DNA of 64,000 bases from Octopus sinensis. Taxonomy: Eukaryota. Location of the stretch: positions 620,001 to 684,000 of the forward strand of contig NC_043016.1 of NCBI RefSeq assembly GCF_006345805.1, written 5' to 3'. Of the stretch, positions 52,373 to 64,000 are shown piece by piece. Each line of letters starts with the position of its first letter. The first letter of the stretch is position 1. Made by a program: the position numbers and the translations under genes. The notes under the pieces are model-generated. The model was given only the letters and a program-made list of their open reading frames with translations, did not search any database and was not told the origin of the DNA.

Positions 52373-52812
52373 TTAATTAATAAGGGTGAGAGATTAGATT
52401 TTACTAATTTAATCTATATCTATTCAACACCAAGTGGCCTAGTGCTCCGAGAAACCTGGATTATTATAATATTTTATAAATATTATAATATTTTTACAAA
52501 ATAAATATAAGAGAGTGGTCACTATATGGCTCACTCTAGCACCAGTTAATCCAAAAGGTTTCAAACCACAAAAATACATGTTTCCATGAAAGTCAGTACG
52601 ATTGTTAGCTCACACGGACAGGGCAAATAAAAAAATAACAAAAATACAGATTATTTTGGGACAAGTGTTTCGCTATTAATGAATTAAATGTAATTTTACT
52701 TACAAAAAAATCCACTTGTAGCTCCTCAGCCAAAACTATCTGATGAAATCCACTCAATCACACGCCAGATTTTACCATAACGATAAATACGCGTGTGGTT
52801 CAATTGATTACA

Positions 52813-52844
<32 letters not shown>

Positions 52845-52848
52845 CTTG

Positions 52849-52882
<34 letters not shown>

Positions 52883-52883
52883 T

Positions 52884-52920
<37 letters not shown>

Positions 52921-53387
52921 CTATATATCTATATATATATACATATATATATATGTATACTATGTATATTATATATTTATATATATGTATGTATATACAT
53001 ATATATATACATATAATACACCATATATATATACATATATACTAATATTATATATATACCCGCTTGGTAGGCAAGGTAGGCAATGCCTACCTTGAATAAA
53101 ATAGATCGATAGCAACATTTTTCTTTTAGGGCTAAATATGCACCTAATTCAATAGATTATGAAGGGTATTCTGATTAGTATGCATAAAATAGAAACTTTT
53201 ATTTTTGTTTGTAGATTATGTAGGCATAATTCGCCCCTACCTTTCATCGCTTAATACTGCTGTAGTACACGTGCTGCGTACACTCATACAACATCGTTTT
53301 GTTTATGTGCTATAAAGGCAGAAGTAAATCTGCCTTCAACTCAGTCGCGCGCCTGTGTTTCGCTTATTTTTTGTGTGTTCCAATGCA
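51872..53387. mobile_element. Foldback/MITE-like element with about 329-bp terminal inverted repeats, flanked by TA
   Basis: 51872-52200 and 53059-53387 are near-identical reverse complements (TA|TGCATTGG...CCAATGCA|TA). The interior is (TA)n, a unique core of about 430 bp, then (TA)n. Confidence 0.8.
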
Positions 53388-53389
53388 TA

Positions 53390-54680
53390 AAAGATAACTG
53401 GAAAAAACTTTACTTTGGAATGAAAACATATATAAACTCCTGGAGTTCAAAAGACTCCTTAATAGCATTAACACCGATGTAAATTTACAATGGAACACAA
53501 CCAAGTGGGACTTCCATTCCAAGACACTGGTTAAAAAATAAACAAAAAATAGAAACGTACATGCTTTTCAAAACCACAGACGCTAAACAATATCTATTTT
53601 GGTGCTCATGCTACTTGAGACCTATCAAAAAAATATCCTCCTCAACCATGAAAGTATGATTTGCATCATTGTGTCCAAAAAAATACCAGAAAACTCAGAT
53701 TGCAAGAGCTTAAAAATCTACTCCAGGACAGACACTACCCAATTCAACTCATAAGTAAAGGGATTAAACGTATAAAATCGATTGACATAAAAACATTAAG
53801 AAAAGTCGAACACAGTAACACACCTACTTTGAAAACAGTACCTTATGTCTCCACATACAACCCCAGAAACAAAGAATCGTGTAACATCGTTGTTCAAAGT
53901 CTCCCAATACTCCATAAGGATCCCAAACTGAAGGAAATTCTACACACCCATGAAATCATTAAAAACAGTAAATAATCAAAGGCATTAAAGATCCTCACAA
54001 ACGCTAAATTATTCTCAAGAATAACGGACGCAAGAGTAAAAGAGTGTGGACGTCCTAACTGTAGAACATGTCCCAATCATTTGGAAGTATCAGAATTCCA
54101 TTTTGGACAAAGGCAAAATTTCTAAATTAAATCCAAATTCATTTGTACCTCTGAAAACCTCATTTATGTAATCAGATGCTTGGCCTGCCATAGAAACTAA
54201 ATAGGGTCGACAGGAATGTCGATTAGACGAAGATGTACGGCCCACAGACAACATATATCTTCCCCACAATATCGCCATACATATATCATAGTGAACACAT
54301 TGACTGATGTACAGAACAACCGCAAAGACAATCCGTAATTCTCCTATTATATCAATTTGCTATTTGAACAAATTCATTTGTACCTCTGAAAACCTTATTT
54401 ATGTAATCAGATGCTTGGCCTGCCATAGAAACTAAATAGGGTCGACAGGAATGTCGATTAGACGAAGATGTACGGCCCACAGACAACATATATCTTCCCC
54501 ACAATATCGCCATACATATATCACAGTGAACACATTGACTGATGTACAGAACAACCGCAAAGACTATCCGTAATTTTCTTATTATATCAATTTGCTATTT
54601 GCTAGTCATCACAAGTGCGACTGACTAAAGCGGCCTCATTTATCGAAAAATATGAGCCGGGGTGAAATATAAGCCAGAAT
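53390..54680 (+). mobile_element. Penelope-like retroelement (RT C-terminus, Cys-rich linker, GIY-YIG endonuclease), inactive
   Basis: LLEFKRLLNSIN, KTTDAKQYL, RLQELKNLLQDRHYP, VPYVSTYNPRN, CGRPNCRTC and NLIYVIRCLACHRN*IGSTG. The endonuclease segment is tandemly duplicated. Confidence 0.9.
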
Positions 54681-55108
54681 CAAATTTAAACCAATATTAA
54701 AAATTATAGTTTCACCTCCCCTTTTCAGAAAAATACCTTGGTTACAAAGTATCCTCCCAAACTAACAAAATGTCTAATTCAAAATTTTATCCAAAATTCA
54801 AAATTTGAAAAGTGATAGCGAAACTGGTTATTATTTAGGAAGAAAAAATCTTATTTTGTACAATATTGCATAACATTCTTGCTATTATGATTCTAATATA
54901 TTCTTTAGTCTTGTAAAACAAATCTTCGGTGTTTTTTCAACTTATTTCTCGCAGTATATATTCAACCACGTGTAATCACCCAACATACTTTCTTCCCTCT
55001 GTATATATATATATATATATGGCTGTGCGTGTGTGCGTGTATGTGTGTATGTGTGTGTATTATATATTTATATATACACTGATAGTGCTATACATACATA
55101 CACAATAC

Positions 55109-55154
<46 letters not shown>

Positions 55155-55544
55155 ATATATGGATAGTTTTACGTACGTAAAATTTTACACCCATAAATCT
55201 GTTTATACCTATTTGAACTTGAGCATACGATTAATTTCGTATATATGCCCTTTATAAGTATGTATGTGTGTGAGTTTGTATGAGTGTGTACATGTTTGTA
55301 TAAGAATGTGCGAATGCTTATATATGTGGACATATATGTGTGAGTACATGTACTTACTACACCTCGTTGGATCACAGACAAGTGAACGAACCAGTAGATT
55401 TTTTTATCACCTCGCCTACAACCACGGAGGCGGTTGTGATATATTACATCGACATCGAGGCTGAAGATATAATACTAAAAAGATGGGGTGGACACAAACT
55501 CAGCTGATATCCCTGATGGTTTCCCAGTAAACCATCTCAAGTCG

Positions 55545-57092
55545 TGAAGACCTGCCATGGAAAAACCACTACAGATTATCTTCCAGTTTTCTTGCGAATG
55601 ACAAGTTGCTAAGTAAACTGAAGGAGTGAATAATATGCCCAATCCATGAAAGATGAAGCAGAGAAGATCCCCAAAATTATAGGCCTATATCTTTGACTTC
55701 ACATATGAGAAAAGTCATGGAACGAATAATTAGGAGGAAATAATCGCATTCCTTGAAGAAAGCCACTCGTTGCGTGATACCCAGCATGGTTTTCGACCAA
55801 ATAAGAGCTGCCTGACCCATCTCCTGCAGTATTATGACTGGATGTTGAGGTTGTTACTCGACAAATCACATGTGGATGTAATATGCCTTGATTTTGCAAA
55901 AGCCTTTGATAAAGTTGGTTACAGTATGATATGTAACTTCGCGATGTTGGCATAGCTGGAAAACTTGGAGAATGGTTACATTACTTTCTGAAAGATAGAA
56001 GTCAAGCAGTGGTGGCCAACGGTGCTACCTCAAAGGAAACACAAATAGTCAGTGGTGTTCCAGAGGGCACCCTTGCTAGCTATGCAGACGACACGACAGT
56101 CTTGCTGAAAATACAAAACCCTAGTGATAATGTACGCCTGCGGCAGGAGTTGGATGCAATTTACAGGTGAACTGAGGATAATAACAAGCAGTTTAATGAT
56201 GGAAAATTCCAGTACCAGCGGTAGCAGCACAAAAAAACTGAACGAAAAATATACAGGGTACACAGGCACAGTGGGGATTACAATTTCAGAACCTAAATCA
56301 GTGCGTGACCTGGGCATCGACATGAGTGATGATACCTTTTTCCAAATGCACATTACCAAGTCGGCTACAAAGTGCAGACGGCTGACTGGCTGGATTCTGA
56401 GAACTTTCAGAAGCAGAGTGACAGAAACCCTGGTGGTCTTCTGGAAGACATTCGTCCTCAGCCGTCTGAATTACTGTCTGGATAACCGTCTGGATTACTG
56501 CTCTCACTTATGATCACCCTCATTATCAAATTAACAGCGCACCTTGAAGCAATCCCGGGAAGCGTCACAACGTCTCATTGCAACAGCTCAGCTAGTGGGA
56601 AAAGCAGAAACAACTAAGATTCTACTCCTTGGAGCGAAGATGAGAGAGATATGCAGTAATATATATATATGGAAGATCCTGGAAAGGACTGAATCAAAAT
56701 TTGGCATTGAAGATTACAAAAATGCCATAAAGAATCGCACAATGCACAGTGCCAAATATCCCAACACTGCTGTCTCGTTTCAGGGCCAGTTACTGCAACA
56801 GACTGGGTTTCAAAGGCCTACAACTTTTGAATAGTTTCCCAATGAGCCCGTGGGACCTACATATAGTGGATGTAGGTATTTTTAAAACAGAACTGGATCT
56901 TTTCCAGTCGAAAGTCTCAGAAGAACCTACCTTGTGGCCAGGGACGCAAATGAGGGCAGCAACGTCGAAAATACCTTATTCACCAAATGCCAAATCTCAG
57001 CGTAGGCTCTCGATAATAACAGTGTAGCAGAACGGTGGTGCCCCAGCATGGTCGCAGCTTTGAGCTGAAACCAACAAAGGAATAAAAGAATA
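55545..57092 (+). mobile_element. CR1-group LINE (RT, C-terminus and 3' tail), inactive
   Basis: NYRPISLTSH..KVMERII, QHGFRPNKSCLTHLL, DVICLDFAKAFDKV, YADDT, RDLGIDMS and RLTGWILRTFRSR. Confidence 0.92.
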
Positions 57093-57172
57093 CACAACAC
57101 ACACACACACACCACCACACACACATCCACACACACACACACACACACAACACACACATATATATATATATA

Positions 57173-57549
57173 TCTATATAAACGGCAGTTTGTCTGTGCG
57201 TGTTTCTGTGTGTCTGTTTGCTTTACCCTCACCCTGACCACGGCTTTCAACCGATTCTGATGAAACTTGACACAACATAGCCCAATGTCATAATTCAAAA
57301 CAACGCAGCGAAAATTTCGGAAAAGTTCCCCCAGTTCTGAAAAAAATCGATAAATTCGACAGTGGGGTCGAGAATTAGAAACACAAACCAAAAACTGTCT
57401 AGGGACGCAACGCCACTTTTTTTTAACTCTAAAAAAAAAATTACCATCATTTTTTCCCCATTTTTTTGCTATTTTTTGCCTATACTCTCAAAAAATGCTT
57501 TATAGTTATTTCCCTTACAAACATGAGCAACGCCGGGCGATACCGCTAG
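57173..57549 (+). mobile_element. Complete non-autonomous Helitron-like element
   Basis: 5' A|TCTATATAAA..., internal caaccgattctgatgaaacttg, 3' GC-rich gcaacgccgggc followed by CTAG|T. It is inserted between A and T within (TA)n with no TSD. Confidence 0.8.
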
Positions 57550-57688
57550 TATATATATATATATATGTGTGTGTGTATATATGTAAAGTAACAAACTAGG
57601 AAAAAGAAATCCTTCAAAGAGGTGTATTAAACATCCAATTCACTTCTACTTCAGTTGGATAACATATACGTATTAGCTTTATTGAATA

Positions 57689-58096
57689 ATAAAGATAAAT
57701 TAAATATAGAGATATTCAATTGACATTCAATAATTTATTTATATTACAATATTACATTAAATACTATGAATATGTATAAGATAACATAATATTATGTAAC
57801 ATAAATAATTATAAAAACTATTCTTTCGACTTATATATATTTTTTCTGATATACAAAATCACAGTTCAATTATATAGAAGTCACCTCAGGGTCCATCGGT
57901 TCAGAAAGAGGAATTTGTATATCAGAAAACATATACATAAGTCGAAACAATTTGTTTGCCTTTTACGGTATTTATAATTATTTATATGATATTGTTATCT
58001 TATATGTTTTATTCATAGTATTTAATGTAATATTGTAGCATAAATAAATTATTGAATGTCAACAGACAGATATCTCTATATTTAATTTATCTTTAT
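57689..58096. repeat. Imperfect AT-rich inverted repeat (arms about 170-180 bp, spacer about 57 bp)
   Basis: ataaagataaattaaatatagagata...ctgatatacaaa pairs with tttgtatatcag...tatctctatatttaatttatctttat. Confidence 0.8.
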
Positions 58097-58110
58097 ATAT
58101 ATATATATAT

Positions 58111-58310
58111 AACATTATTGGTGAATTGAAGAAATGGAGCTGAACGCAGATTGAACAGAATCGTTTTTATTTCATTCTACACGTGTTTCGAAAGGCACAA
58201 ATTACCAAATCCGATTTTGGTAATTTGTGCCTTTCGAAACACGTGTAGAATGAAATAAACGATTTCTGTTCAATCTGCGTTCAGCTCATTCTTCAATCAC
58301 CAATAATGTT
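58111..58310. repeat. Near-perfect 200-bp palindrome (loop about 5-6 nt)
   Basis: aacattattggtga...ctacacgtgtttcgaaaggcacaaattaccaaa, loop tccga, then ttttggtaatttgtgcctttcgaaacacgtgtag...tcaccaataatgtt. Confidence 0.95.
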
Positions 58311-58459
58311 TTAATTTCAATATCCGCACCAACGCACGGTTGCAACGCCAGATGGTTGTACCTCCAACCGTGCTGTTTACTGCTGTGATTTTTGCTACTA
58401 AGGTATCGGTTAAACTTTTGATTAATCTACTACAAGATATTCATCTTTCTATTTCACAT

Positions 58460-58490
<31 letters not shown>

Positions 58491-58879
58491 GATATAGATA
58501 TATATATATATATATATGTGGGTGTGGTGGTGTGTGTGTGTGTAGTGTATTGTGTGGGTTATTAATATATATGTGTGTGTGTTTATATGTCTATACATAT
58601 TTATGCATATGACGTGCATATAATCTGTGTATATGTATGGATGTATGTCTGAATATATCTATCTGCCTCTTCTTCCTTTACTCTCTCTCGTTGCCCAAAC
58701 GTACCATCGACGTCTTTCCTTCCTCACATGATCGTCTTTCTTTTTCTTCAGTCTGTCACATATGTCTATACATATATTTGAGTATGTACATTCCTGTCTC
58801 CTCTTCTATCTTTTCTCTTGTCAGAGAACATTTCTCCAGCGTTTGCTACCTTACCTCGTCTGGCCTAACGGCCCTCCAT

Positions 58880-59120
58880 GTTTCTTTTCGTTTGGTTTGT
58901 TGTATGTCTCCACTGTCCTGTTTTTGTTACCAACTTTGACTCTCCGCAAATCCCATATTTTATTTTGGTTCGCGGAGCAACTGTTTTTCGAAGCCTCTTA
59001 TTGTCGTTAATTGCTCGAAATGTGGAGTAGATGACAACTGATGAAGGGTCATTCTTTATGTTACTTGTCTTGTTTTCGATGTTTCTCCCGTTGTTCGCAT
59101 ACCCAAGTTTGTCTTCGTAT
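58880..59120 (-). repeat. Unclassified dispersed repeat, second copy
   Basis: Reverse-complement similarity to 28590-28900. Confidence 0.55.
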
Positions 59121-59351
59121 TTCATGTTGTTTACGTATTTCGTAATTCATGTTCTTATCGTATTTCATGATGTTTACATTTTGTAACATTCTGTGTGCAT
59201 ACATCTATACATATATTTAAGTATGTACATATATCTATGTATATATGTATATATTATATATATATAATATATATATATATATATAATATATATAATTATA
59301 TGATTGATCGCCACGGATCCATTTGCAAGTAAGTTTATCTTATATTATACT

Positions 59352-59411
59352 CTTACTCTTTTACTCTTTTACTTATTTCAGTCATGACTGCGGCCATGCT
59401 GGAGCACCACC
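59352..59411 (-). mobile_element. Isolated SINE-A/CR1-type 3' tail (extreme 5' truncation)
   Basis: Reverse complement ggtggtgctccagcatggccgcagtcatgactgaaataagtaaaagagtaaaagagtaaga. Confidence 0.8.
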
Positions 59412-60925
59412 AATCTGAGATTCTTATGTGGAGGTAATACAATATGTTCCTTTGATATCCACTGTAACGCAGAAAAAGTTGTATATAAGACAGAGGTAAA
59501 AACAAAATGTGCGGAAGTATGCAGGAGCGACAGAAAGTCTGTTTAGAATCAAATTCAATAATCATTAAGCTCTCTTTCAATATCTCGAAGAGACAAAATG
59601 TCACAGCCTTGGCCAGGAACGTATGGACTTCAAAGGAAAGTGTCTCGGAAAACAGCATAAACAGGAGAAGTGCAAGGCTTATTTTAATAGTTGCAGAAAA
59701 TGCTTAGTAGAAAAAATAACTGTTATAAAAGCTCTCAGCGCACACATAGCTATCTAAACTGCAGAAATGAGGCTGTTAGCATTAGCCTACATGAAACAGG
59801 ATATATTTTATAGTACCTACGGGCCCCGTTATGACTATCAACATTTCTCCACCTTTGGCTCTTTTGCCAACTTTTCCTGAGAACACAGCAGAATTGAACC
59901 AAAACATAGACAAAAGGGCATACAAACAAATATGCGCCCTAGCATGGGCTTAAATGTTCGGGCACCCCCAAAACCTATGAATATGATTTCTATAGACACA
60001 ATCCAACCTAACCTAACCTTACACATGTGAAAACTCTTGTAGACTTACATCTCAGAAACCTTTGGGGACATAGATATAACCCTTCTTTAGTTCGCTCTTT
60101 CTTCACCATATCCACAAAAACATCTTTTTCACCTCTAATAACGGAGAGTTGTCACTATATTTTTCCATAGCTGCCAACTCTGACGAATACACTGTATTGA
60201 GTAACCATGCTGTTATCTAATATCCGGTATAATACCCAGGGCACAACCGTTTGGTAAAATCAGACATAATGGATATATATTACTGCACAGTTTGATTAAT
60301 ACACTCAATCGATTGACAAATGTACGAGTGCATACTTATTGTCACTTATGGATTTATTTGGTGACTATATATTTATATATATATATATGTATTTATATAT
60401 GAATGTATAAACGTATGTACGTATGTATGCAGGCATATAAAAATGTATCTTATATATATATGTGTGTGTGTGTGTGTATACACATTCACGTATATCTAAG
60501 AGTATCTGAGAAAAAGAGAGAAAAAATTATAATTACGCCCGAAGTCATTTAATTTTTCTACATCTTTGTCAAACGGTTTTAAAACCGTTTTCACAAATTT
60601 GTAAAAATCATGAATAAAGTGCAGCAAATAAATGCGAATTATATGCATGTATGTATACTCAGCTGCATATGGCGAAATGTGCAAATAACGGTGCAGTACT
60701 TAATCTGTAAATGAAGAACTATGATACATTAGTGAATATATATACATACTACACACACAGGAACAGTTTAACGGGGTCTCTACACAAGCACATAATTTTA
60801 CACACACACACACACACACACATTTATAGTGATTTTTACATGACTACATACTGAAAATATTCATAAAATGTTTTCTCTCTCTCTCTTTATATGTGCTTCT
60901 GTGTGTATACGCACGTTTATATATA

Positions 60926-60967
<42 letters not shown>

Positions 60968-61689
60968 TTAAGCGGATGTGTAAACTTTCATGCATAATAG
61001 CTTCGTTTGTGTGAGCGATTATATGTGTAAGTTTATGAAATGTGTGAAAGCAATATATACATAAAAGTGTTGAGAAATGTTGCCGAGAGATGTGAACGCG
61101 AACGAAATAAATGTAAGAAAAGGAGAAAAAAGGAGGAAGTTATTTGCCGAATCAAACCAATGTAGACATAGAATAATCCTTTCCTTTGAATAAAATACAC
61201 CTCCTTCAATCGTTCGCAGAAGATATTTAAAGGACTAAATACCAGGATTTAAAACCGGAGCTTTTGTATTAAATTCCCCCTCCAATATTCGTATATGCTA
61301 AGCTGGTTGCATAGCTTAAACAACTGTTCACAATATCCTTCAGCCAAATGTGATTATCTTAAAATATTTTCACAGTCGTTTGTAGCGTATTATTAGGCCG
61401 GAACGTTTTCATAGCTACTCTCTTGATATTGATATTCTATCGATAAATCTAGGCAACTCTGATGTGATCTGTTTGCAATAAACTCAATAAAAGCCGAGGC
61501 TGGCGTTAACTTAACCTAAACGCAAGCAACCTACAACAACTAAACAGCCCTCTGGAAAGCGGAGGATTTCTATTAATTCTTTCAATCTGATATACAAAAA
61601 CACTTTCAAAAAGGAAATATGCAGTAAAAACAAGGATTGCATTGAATACAATCTCCCTATTACTTTAATATAATGATATTGCATACGTG

Positions 61690-61729
<40 letters not shown>

Positions 61730-61911
61730 TAGATACACACACATGTATAATTTGTGTGCATATGTGCATGTTAGCTATGTGTCTATGAAATATATATCGG
61801 AACAAAAACAAACTTGAACTTATAAGCTATGTTAATATGCATCGACGTATATGCGCACGTATGTAAATATGTACGTATATTTGTCCGTACATATATGTAT
61901 TATATATATAT

Positions 61912-61970
<59 letters not shown>

Positions 61971-62379
61971 CGTATTTATATATGTATGTGTGTGTGTAGA
62001 TATTATATATGTTGTATGTTTGGTGCGCGTTGTAAAATATTTGCCTGTGTGTGTATTTGTATGTATATGAATATATACAACACACACACAGACACATAAC
62101 CACACAGCCATATATTTTATGTGTATATATATATAGTATATATATATATATATATTATATATATACATATATATATATATGTGATGTATATGTATATGTA
62201 TATGTATTTGTATGTATGTATGTATATATAGTTATAATCTGAAATTGTTAATTCAGTGTATATAATTTATTGTTCTTTTTGTTAGCATTATGTGAAGAGA
62301 ATATTAGCAAAGAAATTCCACCAAGGCCCTTAGCATCATTTATTAATCTTTATAAAAAACAACAATAACAAAAAACAAG

Positions 62380-63525
62380 TGCATAATAACAATGATAATA
62401 ATAATAATAAATAAAAATAATAATAATAATGATAATAATATATAACAATAATAATAATAATAATAATAATAATATAATAATAAAATAATAATAATAATAA
62501 TAACAATAATAATGATAATAATAATAATAATAATATAATAATAATAATAATAATATAATAATAATAATAATAACAGCAATAACAACTATGAGAACAAAGT
62601 AAGAACGATGACTATGACAAGAGTAGCAACAACAAAAAATAACCACCTCCATCACAACACCACCGCAAAATCCCCGCCATAACAGCCAACAGATGCAGAA
62701 ATGGCAGCAGCAGTAGCAGCAATAGATGGAGCAACGTCCACAACACATCTTGTTATAACAACTATCATTAAGTCGACGACGGTCACCAATACAACCACCA
62801 CCACCACCACCACCACCACCACCACCACCACCACCACCACCACTAACCACCACCACCACCACCACCACCAACCCACCACCACCACCACCACCACCACCAC
62901 CACCACCACACCACCACCACCACCACCACCACCACCACTACCACTACCACCACCACCACCACCACCACCACCACCACCACCACCACTACCACCACCACCA
63001 CCACCACCACCACCACCACCACCACCACCACCACCACCACCACCACCAACAACAACAATAGAAGCAGAAACGGCAGCATCAGTTATAGCAGCAACAACAG
63101 CGACTACCATTACTACAATAACTATAGTAATAGCTTCACCACCACCGGCAGCACCGCCACCACCACCACTATCACTACCACCACCACTGCCATCGCACCC
63201 ACTACCACCACCACCACCACCACCACCGCCAATAACAACAACACCAGCACAACCAAACAAAACACTGAAGCATCACTATCACTACCAGTACCATTACTAT
63301 ATCCCTAGCAACAGCGACACATCGACATCATCATCATCACCATCGTCGTCGTCGTCGTCGACATCGTCATCATTATCATTATCATAATCATCATTACTAT
63401 AGCCATCGTCATTATCATCATCATCATCATCAATACCATCGTCGTCGTCATCATCATCATCACCACCACAATCATCATCGTCATCGTCCTCATCATCATC
63501 AACATCGTCATCATCGTCATCGACG

Positions 63526-63562
<37 letters not shown>

Positions 63563-63630
63563 TATCATCATCAACGTGAACAAGTGCATCCACAAAGACA
63601 ATTGCATCAACCCCACCACCACCACAAACG
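62380..63630. repeat. About 1.25-kb compound triplet microsatellite ((AAT)n, (ACC)n, (CAT)n, (CGT)n)
   Basis: Directly visible. Confidence 0.95.
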
Positions 63631-63904
63631 CAACGACAGCAAAATTAAAATCGAGGTGAACGCTCTACAAGAATAAGCCTTTTCTTCTAGATAATTCTTT
63701 GTGGAAAGACAACACAGACTTGGCAGATTTTGCAGCAGCTTTTACTCAATACTTGTCAAAATATGTAACAAGTATCATTATAGACGACGTCAATAAATTC
63801 CTAAAGAAAAAAAAACACTTTTAATTAACTGCTAGAGTTCATTGTCCATTGGTAACTAGAATACTAGAATAAAATAAGTATCACTATAGTTAGCAAACAA
63901 TCTG

Positions 63905-63911
63905 CATATCC

Positions 63912-63963
<52 letters not shown>

Positions 63964-63990
63964 CCCAATCTGTCAATCAATCTATCTATC
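63905..63990. repeat. (TCTA)n microsatellite
   Basis: Directly visible. Confidence 0.95.
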
Positions 63991-64000
63991 TTATTTCTTT

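Noticed and set aside
62701-63387. Extensin/mucin-like proline-rich protein gene
   Set aside because: Codon usage is almost purely CCA/ACC/CAC from one microsatellite, and there is no signal peptide, splice signal or unique domain.

Overview
AT-rich, repeat-saturated animal genomic DNA. It is most likely a coleoid cephalopod such as Octopus; this is an inference from the SINE families and the very high (TA)/(CA)/(TACA)/triplet microsatellite load. There is one 100-N assembly gap at 22017-22116. I could not recognise any host protein-coding gene, true tRNA/rRNA, CRISPR array or prokaryotic system, and nearly all ORFs in the supplied track are microsatellite artefacts or retroelement relics. 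The window holds at least ten fragments of R4/Dong-type (restriction-like endonuclease) LINEs, four Tx1/L1-type LINE pieces, one or two CR1-type LINEs, two Penelope-like (GIY-YIG) loci, two mariner relics, non-autonomous Helitron-like elements, three tRNA-derived SINE families and several long inverted repeats. The most interesting observation is at 16187-16860: a back-to-back inverted pair of a tRNA-headed element whose left copy carries a minimal hammerhead-ribozyme core, suggesting a possible Pol III SINE/retrozyme hybrid. Also notable are a CR1-type LINE whose 3' tail matches the dominant SINE, a Tx1 3' end sitting inside a (TATC)n tract, a 1.5-kb foldback element and a near-perfect 200-bp palindrome. 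All element assignments come from manual translation and motif recognition, not database searches, and boundaries are approximate.
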